From an uncultured bacterium (GTDB lineage: Bacteria; CAYJRR01): a DNA stretch of 51,887 bases. Positions within the stretch are counted from its first letter, which is position 1, and each line of letters starts with the position of its first letter. The stretch covers positions 1 to 51,887 of the forward strand of contig CAYJRR010000011.1 of the NCBI GenBank assembly GCA_964372275.1, read 5' to 3'. Under the pieces are notes generated by a model. The model searched no databases and was not told the origin of the DNA. It saw nothing but the letters and a program-made list of their open reading frames with translations. Shown here one piece after another: positions 1 through 9,668 of this stretch. A program made the position numbers and the translations under genes.

Positions 1-3000
1 ACTGCGTCCCCACGAAGTCCGCCGGAGGCGTGTAGGTGAGAGTGGGCGCCGTCCCGGACACCGAACCGACCGCCGTACCGGAAAGGTCGAACGAATAGAC
101 GGCGCCGGACTGCTCCATGGAGTTGTCGTTCGGGTCGCCGCCGTCGATCCCCGTCGCGTTCGAAGCCTCCGCGAAGGCACTCACGAATACGTCGCTTCCG
201 GAGACGCCGACGAACTCGCCGAAGCGATCGTGGCGGCCGTTGTTGGGGGCCTTCAAGTAGGCTCGCTGACTCCAGACACCACCGGTCCGTTTGAAGACGT
301 AGGCCGCGCCGCTCATCGAAGAGGCGTCGTCGGCCTGGTTTCCATCGAACCCAGTGGAGCTCGAGTCTTCGCCCCGCGCGCCGACGATGAGCCAGTCGCC
401 GGAGAGGGCGACGTTGTCGCCGAGCCAGTCCATCGATCCCGGGTTCGACGCCTTGAGGTAGGCCTTGTAGCTCCAGGTGGATCCGGCCCGTTCGAAGATG
501 TAGACGGCCCCGCTCTCCGGCGCCGACGTGTCGTTCATGTCGGCGTCGACCCCCGGAGATCCCGAGTGGTCGTCGTAGGTCCCAATCGCCACCGTATTGC
601 CGGAGATGGCGGTTCCCATCGAATAGAAGGGCTTGGGGCTGATGCTTCGCAGGTTGGCTTGGTAGGTCCAGACCGTTCCGATCCGGGAATAGACGAAGGC
701 GCCGTCGTTGCCGCAGGCGGTCACGAGCGTGTTGCCGGAGATCGCCGGCCTCCCGATCTCGCAGCCGCCGGGCACCGGAGACTTGATGTAGGCCTGCTGG
801 CTCCAGAGGCTTCCCTGCCGCACGAAGACGTACACCGCGCCCCGGTTGGAGGCGCTGTTGTCCGACTGGTTGCCGTTCACCCCCAGCGCGTTCGAATCCT
901 CGCCGAACGCGCTGACGGCGATCGTGTCGCCGGAGATGTCGACGCCGCTGCCGAAACCGTCGTTCGATTCGGCGTTCGACGCCTTGAGGTAGGCCTGCTG
1001 TCGCCAGGCCCCGCCGCTGCGGACGAAGACCCAGGCCGCGCCGGAAAGGGGGGCCGAGGTATCGGTCGGATCGCCGTTGACCCCGGTCGCGCCGGAGTCC
1101 TCCTCCCAGCCGCCGACGACGATCGTGTCGCCGTCGATCGCCACCTTGTGTCCGAAGATCGTGGCCGGGCGGACGAAGGAGGGTTTCAAGTAGGCCTGCT
1201 GCCGCCAGACGCCGCCGTTCTTGACGAAGACGTAGGCCGCCCCGGCGCTGCAGGCGCCGTTGTCGTTCTGATCTCCGTTCACCCCCGTGCTGCTCGAGCA
1301 CTCGTACATCGCTCCAACGACCAGCGTGTCGCCCGATACGTCGATCGATGAACCGAAGGCGTCGTTCCCGCCGCTGTTGGAGGCCTTCAGGTAGTGGATC
1401 GAGCCGCGGGGCGTCGTCTCGACCTCGAACGTGACCGGATCGCCGTCCGGATCGGTCCCGGAGAGCACGATCGGAACGCTCGTCTCCTCGGCGGTGACCT
1501 CCACCTTCGGCGTGGCGGACGGCGGGTCGTTGACCGGCGTGACGCCGATCGAGACGATCGCCGGCGGCGAGACACCCCCCATTCCGTCCTTCACCCGGAA
1601 GGCGAATCCGTCGAGCCCGGAGAAATTTCGGCCAGGGACGAAGGTCAGATTGGGAGCGGTCCCGAAAAGGGAACCACGCGCCGTCGGGAAGGTGAACGAG
1701 TAGACGGCGCCGCCGTCGGCGGCCGTGTCGTTCGTCCCGTCCCCGCCGACGCCGGTCGCGTTCGAATCCTCGGTCGGGGCGCCGACGACGACCGTGTCCC
1801 CGGAGACGGCGACCACCTGCCCGAAGCGGTCGTCGATTCCGGGGTTCGAGGCCTTCAGGTATCCCTTCTGCATCCAGGTGGTGCCGTTCCGGACGAACCG
1901 GTAGACCGCGCCCGCGTCGGTCACCGTCTCGTCGGCCTGGTTTCCATCGACCCCGGTGGCCCCCGAGTCTTCGTTGTAGGCGCCGACGAGCAGCGCGTCT
2001 CCGGAGAGCGAAAGGCCGATGCCGAACCGGTCGTAGTCGCCGGTGTTCGACGCCTTGAGGTAGGCCTGCGGAGACCACTTCGCGTCGGCGTTGCGGACGT
2101 AGACGTAGACGGCGCCGCTGTTGCGCTTCGAATTGTCCGCGGCGTCGCCTCCGACGCCGGTCGCGCCGGACCACTCGTCCTCCGCCCCGACGGCGACCGT
2201 GTCCCCCGAAACGGCGACGCTCCGCCCGAAGTAGTCCCCCGCTTCGGTGTTGGTCGCTTTCAGGTATGCCTGTTGGCTCCAGATGCCACGTCCGTCTCGG
2301 ACGAAGACGTAGGCGGCCCCGCTGTTCGACGCGTTTTCATTCCCCTCCCAGTAGTACGACGCGTGCGGCCAGTAGACCGGTTGCAGCGCGGCGCCGAGCT
2401 TGTCGTCGTCCTCGTTCGGCGCCCCCACCACGATCGTGTCCCGATCGATCCCGACGCTCCAACCGAAGTTGTCGTTGGCGCCGTTGTTGAACGCCTTGAG
2501 GATCGCCTGCTGGCTCCAGACCGCGCCGCTGCGGACGAAGACGTAGGCGGCGCCGCAGTCGGTGCACCACTCCTCGTTCTGCACGCCGTTGACGATCCGG
2601 GGGCCGGAGTCCTCGTAACGGGCGCCGACCACGACGGAGTCGCCGGAGACGGCGACGCCGACCCCGAAGTTGTCGACGCTGCCCGTGTTGGATGCCTTCA
2701 GGTAGGCCTGCTGGCTCCAGGTCGTGCCGTTGCGGACGAAGACGTAGGCGGCGCCCGCGTTCGAGGCGTCGTCGCTCGCCTGGTTCCCGTTCACGCCGGT
2801 CGCGTTCGAGTCTTCGTCGAAGGCCCCGACGACGATCGTGTCTCCATCGATCGCGACCGACGTTCCGAAGTAGTCGCCGGCGCCGGTGTTGGACGCCTTG
2901 AGGTACGCCTGCTTCGTCCAGCCGGCGCCGCTCCGCACGTAGACGTAGGCGGCGCCGCTGCTGCCACACCCCTCGCTGGTCTCGTCGCCGTTGATGCCGG

Positions 3001-4750
3001 TCGCGCAGGAGTCCTCCTGGTTGGCGCCGACCACCATCGTGTCGCCCGACACGGCGACCGAGACGCCGAACTGGTCGGCCGAGCCGGTGTTCGAGGCCTT
3101 GACGTAGTGGCTCGGCGCGATGCCGGTGGTGACCAGGTAGGCGGCGCCGGCACCCGCGGCCGCTTCGTTCGCCTGCGCGCCGCCGATCCCGGTGCTCGCC
3201 GAGTCCTCGTCGAGTGCGCCGATCACCTGTTCGTTACCGGAAAGCGCGATGCTGCGACCGAAATGGTCGTAGGCCTGCGTGTTGCTGGCCTTGATGTAGG
3301 CCTCCTGGCTCCATACGCCGCCGCTGCGGACGAAACGGTAGACGGCGCCGCTCTCCTCGGCCGATTCGTCGGCCTGGTTGCCGTTCACGCCGGTGGCGGC
3401 GGAGTCCTCGTTCTCGGCCGAGACGAGGATGGTGTCGACGTCGATGGCGACGTTGTTCCCGAAATAGTCGCCCAGACCGGTGTTCGAGGCCTTGATGTAG
3501 GCCTCCTGCGTCCAGACGGCGCCGCTCCGGGTGAAGACGTAGGCGGCGCCGCTCCGGTTGGCGAGGTTGTTCGTCTGGTCGCCGTTGATCCCCTTGGCGT
3601 TCGAGTTCTCGTAGACGGCGCCGACGACGACGGTGTCCCCGGAGACGCCGACCGCGGATCCGAAGGCTCCTCCCGCGACCCCCCAGGGGTCGGCGACGCT
3701 CGCGTTCGAGGCCTTCAGATAGGCCTGTTGACTCCAGGTCGACCCGCTGCGCGTGAAGACGTAGGCGGCGCCGGCCTCCGGACGGGAGTTGTCGGACTCA
3801 TCGCCGGTGCCCGAGGCCTCGCCGGGCGCGCCGACGACGATCGTGTCGCCGTCGACGGCGACGCTGTCGCCGAAGTAATCGTTGGTGCCGGTGTTGGAGG
3901 CCTTCAGGTATCCCTGTGGCGCCCAGACGCCGGCGTTTCGGAAGAAGACGTAGGCGGCGCCGGCCATCGATAGCGACGTGTCGAGTTGGTTTCCGTCGAC
4001 GCCGGTGGCGTTCGAGCTTTCGAACGGCGTCCCGACCACGAGCGTGTCGCCGGAGAGCGCGACCGACAGGCCGAAGCGACGGCCCCAGTCGTTGTTCGTC
4101 GCCTTGATGTAGGCCTGTTGGCTCCAGACCCCCGCGTTCCGGACGAAGACGTAGGCCGCGCCGCTGTTCGGGCAGTCGATGTCGTTCTGCTCGGCGCCGA
4201 CGCCGCTGCCGCATCCGCGGGCGGCGGCGGCGGTCACGACCAACGTGTCGCCGGACAGGGCGAGGGTCCCGAAGTACATCCATGCGGTGGGGTCGTTGGA
4301 GGGTTTCAGGTACGCCTGTTGGACCCAGTTCCCGCCGCTTCGCACGAAGACGTAGACGGCGCCGCGCGGCCCGTCGACGCTGTCGTCCGACGGGTCGCCG
4401 TCGATCCCGATCGCGTTCGACTTCTCGGAGTCGGCGGCGACGACCATCGTGTCTCCGTCGAGCGCCACGCCCGAGCCGAATCGGTCGCCGGGGTCGGTGT
4501 TCGACGCCTTGACGTAGATCGAGTGGCTGCGGGTGTCGACGATCTCGAAGGTGAGTGGATCGCCATCGCCGTCGGTGCCGGTCAACGTGATCGGGACGTT
4601 GGCGTCTTCGGAGGTGGAGACGGACTGCGCGATCGCCACCGGAACGGCGTTGACCGCTTGCGCCGTCCGTCCGACCGGGTCGACCGGATCGCGCACGCCA
4701 CGACATCCCGCCGCGAGGGCGAACACCAGCGCGACGACGCGACGGAGCAT
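1..4750 (-). CDS. Large surface lipoprotein with 21 FG-GAP/integrin-alpha-like repeats and Big_9/cadherin-like Ig domains; runs off the window at position 1
   Basis: Translated by hand; absent from the ORF track, apparently because no stop occurs in the window. ATG at 4750 (alternative in-frame TTG at 4768 after GGAGGGG) gives MLRRVVALVFALAAG-C (lipobox). Y(L/I/V)KASN(T)...D.FG...GAAYVF repeats recur about every 200 nt; frame spot-checked as constant at 3139, 1393 and 259. Confidence 0.92.
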   Translation of the reverse strand, partial: MLRRVVALVFALAAGCRGVRDPVDPVGRTAQAVNAVPVAIAQSVSTSEDANVPITLTGTDGDGDPLTFEIVDTRSHSIYVKASNTDPGDRFGSGVALDGDTMVVAADSEKSNAIGIDGDPSDDSVDGPRGAVYVFVRSGGNWVQQAYLKPSNDPTAWMYFGTLALSGDTLVVTAAAARGCGSGVGAEQNDIDCPNSGAAYVFVRNAGVWSQQAYIKATNNDWGRRFGLSVALSGDTLVVGTPFESSNATGVDGNQLDTSLSMAGAAYVFFRNAGVWAPQGYLKASNTGTNDYFGDSVAVDGDTIVVGAPGEASGTGDESDNSRPEAGAAYVFTRSGSTWSQQAYLKASNASVADPWGVAGGAFGSAVGVSGDTVVVGAVYENSNAKGINGDQTNNLANRSGAAYVFTRSGAVWTQEAYIKASNTGLGDYFGNNVAIDVDTILVSAENEDSAATGVNGNQADESAEESGAVYRFVRSGGVWSQEAYIKASNTQAYDHFGRSIALSGNEQVIGALDEDSASTGIGGAQANEAAAGAGAAYLVTTGIAPSHYVKASNTGSADQFGVSVAVSGDTMVVGANQEDSCATGINGDETSEGCGSSGAAYVYVRSGAGWTKQAYLKASNTGAGDYFGTSVAIDGDTIVVGAFDEDSNATGVNGNQASDDASNAGAAYVFVRNGTTWSQQAYLKASNTGSVDNFGVGVAVSGDSVVVGARYEDSGPRIVNGVQNEEWCTDCGAAYVFVRSGAVWSQQAILKAFNNGANDNFGWSVGIDRDTIVVGAPNEDDDKLGAALQPVYWPHASYYWEGNENASNSGAAYVFVRDGRGIWSQQAYLKATNTEAGDYFGRSVAVSGDTVAVGAEDEWSGATGVGGDAADNSKRNSGAVYVYVRNADAKWSPQAYLKASNTGDYDRFGIGLSLSGDALLVGAYNEDSGATGVDGNQADETVTDAGAVYRFVRNGTTWMQKGYLKASNPGIDDRFGQVVAVSGDTVVVGAPTEDSNATGVGGDGTNDTAADGGAVYSFTFPTARGSLFGTAPNLTFVPGRNFSGLDGFAFRVKDGMGGVSPPAIVSIGVTPVNDPPSATPKVEVTAEETSVPIVLSGTDPDGDPVTFEVETTPRGSIHYLKASNSGGNDAFGSSIDVSGDTLVVGAMYECSSSTGVNGDQNDNGACSAGAAYVFVKNGGVWRQQAYLKPSFVRPATIFGHKVAIDGDTIVVGGWEEDSGATGVNGDPTDTSAPLSGAAWVFVRSGGAWRQQAYLKASNAESNDGFGSGVDISGDTIAVSAFGEDSNALGVNGNQSDNSASNRGAVYVFVRQGSLWSQQAYIKSPVPGGCEIGRPAISGNTLVTACGNDGAFVYSRIGTVWTYQANLRSISPKPFYSMGTAISGNTVAIGTYDDHSGSPGVDADMNDTSAPESGAVYIFERAGSTWSYKAYLKASNPGSMDWLGDNVALSGDWLIVGARGEDSSSTGFDGNQADDASSMSGAAYVFKRTGGVWSQRAYLKAPNNGRHDRFGEFVGVSGSDVFVSAFAEASNATGIDGGDPNDNSMEQSGAVYSFDLSGTAVGSVSGTAPTLTYTPPADFVGTQ

Positions 4751-4940
4751 GTGCGTGCGACCGAGCAACCTTCCCCTCCCGAAGGTGCGAGTCGTTCGTC
4801 GACGGAATGGACCCGGCGTGCGATCCGGCGCGACACGCCGGGCCATCCCTCATTTTAAGTTCCCGCGAACGCAGGAGAAACGTGCGTTTCACGTACGTTC
4901 CACCTACCAAAATGTCGCAGTGATGCCGGCGATTCCGCTT

Positions 4941-6008
4941 TCAGACCGATGGGATGTCGATCGAGCCAGAGTGGCGCACGGCGGCGCGCTCAAAGGTGCG
5001 GAGGAAGTTCCGGCCGAGGAGATTCTCGACGGTCGATTCGGCGTGTCCGCGGCGCAGGAGGAGTTCGGTGAGCTTCGGGAGGTCGCGCACGTCGCGCAGG
5101 CCCGCCGGAAGCGGGACGAAACCGTCGAAGTCGGAACCGAGCGCGACCACCTCCTCGCCGCCGATCTTCATCAGGTGCTCGATGTGCTCGGCCACGACCG
5201 TCAGATCGGCGCGGAACCTTCCGAGGAAGGTGGTGCAGAAGATCACGCCCACGACCCCTCCGGCCTTGGCGATGGCGCGGATCTGGTCGTCCTTGAGATT
5301 CCGGTGGTGGTTCTTGATCGCCCAGCAGCCGGCGTGCGAATCGAATACGGGCCGCCGCGAGGTCTCGACGATCTCCCAAAAGGTCCGCTCGCTGGCGTGC
5401 GCGACGTCGACCAGCATCCCGAGCGCGTTCATCTCCCGCACGACGTCGCGGCCGAACGCGCTCAGGCCGTCGGCCGGTAGCCGGCGCCGTTCGCCGGAGC
5501 CCCGTGCCCACGAGGGGCTCGTGTTCCAGGTCAGCGACATGTAACGCGCGCCGCGCCGGTGGAGCGCGCGCAGTTTTTCGAGGTCGTCCTCGATCGCCTG
5601 GCCCCCTTCGATCCCGACGAACGCCGCGAGCTTCCCGGCGGCGGCCGCCGCTTCGATCTCCGCCGCGGTCGTCGCGAGCGAGACGTCGACGGGATTCGCC
5701 GCCAGGATCGCGTCGAGACGGTCGAGGAGCCGCGAGACCTGCTCGAACTGTGGCCCCCGTCGGCCCGCCCAGAGCGCGAACCCCAGCGCGTCGACCCCCC
5801 CCTCGCGGCAGCGGGGGAGGTCGAGGTCGGTCCAGAACGGCGTGTAGACGAACGGACCCCGTCCGCGCGCGGCGAAGTCGCGACCGAAGAGGGCGGCCTT
5901 GAGCAGGAAGTCGTTGTGCAGGTCGACGACGAGCGCGCGTTCGTGGAGCGCGAGGGCCCGTTCCCGGATCGGGTCGCCGCGGCCGGCGGGCGGAGGCGTT
6001 CTTGACAT
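4941..6008 (-). CDS. Membrane dipeptidase family (peptidase M19) zinc hydrolase
   Basis: Motifs DLHND, GIEG, SLTWN, DVAH, DSH, GSDFDG typical of renal-dipeptidase-like enzymes. Confidence 0.9.
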   Translation of the reverse strand: MSRTPPPAGRGDPIRERALALHERALVVDLHNDFLLKAALFGRDFAARGRGPFVYTPFWTDLDLPRCREGGVDALGFALWAGRRGPQFEQVSRLLDRLDAILAANPVDVSLATTAAEIEAAAAAGKLAAFVGIEGGQAIEDDLEKLRALHRRGARYMSLTWNTSPSWARGSGERRRLPADGLSAFGRDVVREMNALGMLVDVAHASERTFWEIVETSRRPVFDSHAGCWAIKNHHRNLKDDQIRAIAKAGGVVGVIFCTTFLGRFRADLTVVAEHIEHLMKIGGEEVVALGSDFDGFVPLPAGLRDVRDLPKLTELLLRRGHAESTVENLLGRNFLRTFERAAVRHSGSIDIPSV

Positions 6009-6030
6009 TTCGGTCGTACCCTTACAGATT
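6002..6030 (+). promoter_or_regulatory. Sigma70-type promoter for tRNA-Met
   Basis: TTGACA (6002-6007), 17 nt, CAGATT (6025-6030), then GC-rich sequence; the -35 overlaps the dipeptidase start codon on the other strand. Confidence 0.6.
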
Positions 6031-6081
6031 TCGGCGCGCCTTGACGACCCCGTACGGGGGACCGAAAGGCATCGTTCGTTG

Positions 6082-6155
6082 GGCGATGTAGCTCAGTTGG
6101 TCAGAGCACGCGGCTCATATCCGCGGTGTCGTAGGTTCAAGTCCTACCATCGCCA
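6082..6155 (+). tRNA. tRNA-Met(CAT), probably elongator
   Basis: Cloverleaf: acceptor GGCGATG/CATCGCC, D-stem GCTC/GAGC, anticodon stem CGCGG/CCGCG with loop CT-CAT-AT, T-loop TTCAAGT, discriminator A. G1:C72 paired and no GGG/CCC anticodon stem (not initiator); G4/A5 rather than C4/C5 (not Ile2-like). Confidence 0.93.
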
Positions 6156-6178
6156 CCCTCCAGACGATCGGTCCGCCG

Positions 6179-6203
6179 CCCGGCACCCCCTTCCGGTGCC
6201 GGG
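6179..6203 (+). terminator. GC-rich hairpin after tRNA-Met
   Basis: CCCGGCACC, 7-nt loop, GGTGCCGGG; no clear U-tract. Confidence 0.4.
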
Positions 6204-6384
6204 GCGCGGCCGCTTCGTCGCGTTCGGTCCGTGCCCGCGGGGCGTGGGCATCCCATTCGGCGACCGCGCGCGGGGCGAGGCCGTCCCACGCCGTCTCGCG
6301 CACGTGGGACAGAGCGGTCCCTTGTCCCCGACCGGAGCCGGATGCGAGAATCCGGCGCTTTTGAACCGCCGTCGGAGGCTTTCG

Positions 6385-9300
6385 ATGTCGATCCGCCCCC
6401 TGCAGATCCCGCTGGCCCTCGTGGTCGTCCTCCTCGCCGGATGCGACGACGGTAGGAAGGACGTGAACCTGGTCTGCCCGGCGCCGGTCGGCACCGACTA
6501 CGACCAGGACGGCGATCTGTTGACCGACGTGCGCGAGGCGGCGATCGGTACCGATCCCGGGCGGAAGGACAGCGATCGCGACGGGATCGACGACTACGTC
6601 GAGGTCTCGGCCGGCACCGACCCGCTCGACGCCGAATCGCGTCCGACCGGAGCGGTCGCCGCCCTCTCGGTGGTCGACTCGGACGCCGACCTGATCGGCG
6701 GACCGGGGGCGCAGGGGCGCGTCGGCGACTGGCTGCTGCAGAACGACCGGATCCGCGCGATCGTGCAATCGGTCGACCGCGAGCAGATGCAGCTCACCAC
6801 CTACGGCGGGAACCTGATCGACGCCGACGTCCTGCGCGAGGACGGGGAGGAGGGGAACGACATCGTCGGCTCGATCACCCCGCTGATGTCGTTCCAGCAG
6901 ACGATCCGGCCCGAGCGGGCGATCCTGGTCAACGACGGACGGGACGGCGGGGCGGCGGTCCTTCGAGTCTGTGGAGAAGACGACGCGTTCGAGTACATGG
7001 ACCTGGCGGCGACGTTCAAGATCTTCGGCTTCTCCACCTCCTACGACTCGAATCCGAACTTCAAGATTCAGATGTCGACCGACTACGTCCTCGCGCCGGG
7101 GAGCAACGTGGTCGAGATCGTCACCACCATCGGGAACGAGGGGAAGACGATCACCTTCCCGATCGGCGACGTGATCGACAGCGGGGCGGCGCAGGAGATC
7201 TACAACACCAACCGGCTCGGCTTCGGTCAGGCGTCGTTCGCGACGCTGCTCGAGACGCAGCCGCCGACGAAGTACATGGGGTTCCTCGCGCCCGGCTCCG
7301 GCTGGGGATACGTGAACGACGCCGACCCGAACGTGGCGGTGACGATCTCCGGCGTCTCGGTCCTGCTGCAGGGGTTCGGAAGCGCGTTCGGCGCGCTCGG
7401 CAGCCACCCGGAGAACGGCGCGGCGCCGGGCCTGAACGTGTTGAAGCGGGGCAAGCGCTTCTCCTACCACCGCGGGATCGTCGTCACCGACGGGAGCGGG
7501 GCGGTCGCGCCGTTCAACGACGAGTACCAGCGGCGCCACGATCCGACGGCAACCCTGCGGGAAGGGACGGTCTTCGACGACGCGGGGAGTCCGCTCGCCG
7601 GGGCGCGGATCGCCTTCTTGAGCTCCAGCGACGAGGACGACGACGACCGCAATCCGGTGACCACCGCCGAATCGGACGCGGAGGGGACCTATTCCGCGAT
7701 CCTGCCGGCCGGTACCTACTACGTCCTGGCCGAGCTGCCGGGGCGGGAGGAGCCGACCTACTCCACGGGTAGCGCCACCGTCGTCACCCGCAACGACCAG
7801 ATCACGCACGACGCGGCGCGGGTGACGCTCGGGACGGGGACCGACCTGCCGGACATCACCTTCGACGAGGCGAGCTACCTGAACGTTTCGGTCACCGATG
7901 TCGCCACCGGTCTCGGGATGCCGGTGCGGATCACGGTGCTGGGGAGCGATCCGAGCCCGCCGGACACCGTCTTCCGTGACCAGAAGGAGCGCTCCACCGG
8001 CAGCATCGCGGCGAAGGTGATCTCGCTCGACGGATCCGAGACGCTCGCGCTCGAGCCCGGGAGCTACACCGTCTACGCCAGCAAGGGTCTGGAGTGGAGC
8101 ATCGACTCGGCGCCGGTGACCGTCGTCGCGGAGGCGACCACCGCCGCCACCTTGAGCCTCGGGCGCGTGGTCGACACCACCGGATGGATCTCGGCCGACT
8201 TCCACGTGCACATGGTCAACAGCCCCGACAGCCCGACGCCGCTCGCCGATCGCGCCCTGAACGGCGCCGCCGACGGACTCGACGTCATCGTCACCACCGA
8301 CCACGACTACGTCACCGACCTGACGCCGGTCGTGGCCGACCTCGGGCTCGGGTCGGAGCTGGCGACCCTTCCGGGGGACGAGATCACCACCTGGCAGACG
8401 GGACATTTCATCTCCTGGCCGCTGACCGCGGACGCCACGAAGGTCGACGGCGGGGCCTTCAAGTGGGCGGGCGAGGCGGGCGCCGTCAACCAGCGCACCG
8501 CCAAGGAGATCTTCGAATCGGTCGAGGAGGCGTACGCGGGGACCCAGGTGAAGCAGGTCTGCCATCCGCGCGGATTCAAGCTCCAGTCCTACTACTCGGC
8601 GGTCGAGGTCGACATGGCGACGCTCGAGACCAAGGCCGACTCGGAGTTCCTGCGCATCCCGCCGGTCGAAGGGTCCAGCGCCGGTGACAGCAAGCTGTTC
8701 TTCGCCGACTTCGACACCCAGGAGGTCCAGAACGGGGTCGACGACACGGCGGAAGAGCGCTGGCCCGACATGAACGACCTGTTCACCCTGTTCAACCACG
8801 GGAAGCAGATCGCGGGCGTCGGCAACTCCGACACCCATTCGGTCTTCTCCGGGCAGCTCGGCTATCCGCGCAACTACGTGAAGCTCGCCGACGACGCGCC
8901 GACCGCGCTCGTCGCCCAGAAGGAGGCGTTCGCCCAGGCGGTGGTCGCGGGGAAGGTGATCTTCACCACCGGTCCGTTCCTCGACGTGCAGGTGGTGGCC
9001 GACACCACCGGCGGGCCCGGAGACCTGGTGACCTCCACCGGGACGACGGTCCAGGTGCAGGTCGACCTGCGGATGCCCGATTGGGTCGAGGTCGACACGC
9101 TGCGCTTCTACTCCAACACCCCCGACACCGCGGCGCCGTCCGACGCCGACGGCCTGGAGACGGAGCCGGCGGCGGCGGCGGTGATGTCCGACGTCGACGA
9201 CGAGCTCACCGTCTCGTACGTCAACGGGAAGCCGCTCCGGACCGGAACGTTCCTGCAATCGATCACGGTGCCGGCCGGATCGGACGCCTGGATCGTGGTG

Positions 9301-9668
9301 ACCGCCTCGGCGGAGAAGGCGGGGACCAGGAGCCTGTTCCCGATCGTGCCGTTCGGGATCGACGACGCGTCGGGGGTGAAGCCGTTCGCGTTCGCCAATC
9401 CGGTCTTCCTCGACGGAAACGGAAACCAGACCTACGACGCGCCCGGCGTGCGATTCACCGAGGCCTATCGGCGCCCCACGGTGCCGCCGGTCCGGATCTA
9501 CGACGCGCGAAAAGGCGAGATCCCCGAGGAGCCGACCCCCGACATCCGCGCCCAGTTCGAGCGGCTCANNNNNNNNNNTATTGTGACGGCGAACACGGTT
9601 ATCTACACGACATATACCACACTCTTCCCCTCCCCCCCGCTCTTCCCATCCCCCCGCACCACCACTGA
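6385..9668 (+). CDS. CehA/McbA-family PHP-fold metallohydrolase lipoprotein; 3' end broken by assembly gap
   Basis: GGAGG then ATG 6385; lipobox LLAG-C; DxDxDG calcium-type repeats; carboxypeptidase-regulatory-like beta domains; PHP motifs DFHVH, TDHD, CHPR, EVQNG, GNSDTH. After the gap and adapter junk, ...PHHH-TGA (9666-9668) overlaps the tilS ATG and is probably the true end. Confidence 0.8.
9569..9651. other. Assembly gap (10 N) followed by a degraded Illumina TruSeq P5 adapter
   Basis: 9580-9608 ATTGTGACGGCGAACACGGTTATCTACAC matches AATGATACGGCGACCACCGAGATCTACAC at 22/29; 10-nt index-like 9609-9618; 9619-9651 resembles ACACTCTTTCCCTACACGACGCTCTTCCGATCT. Confidence 0.9.

Noticed and set aside
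95-4520. About 200-nt periodic DNA repeats suggesting a CRISPR-like or non-coding array
   Set aside because: The repeats are degenerate, in frame and protein-coding; there is no constant repeat/unique spacer pattern and no cas gene.
230-4858. Long plus-strand ORFs (373, 859 and 290 aa)
   Set aside because: Antisense shadows of the minus-strand FG-GAP gene; their repeats mirror its codons.
6082-6155. tRNA-Ile2(CAT) as the TilS substrate next to tilS
   Set aside because: The acceptor stem GGCGATG and overall sequence fit elongator Met better; isotype-specific models would settle it.
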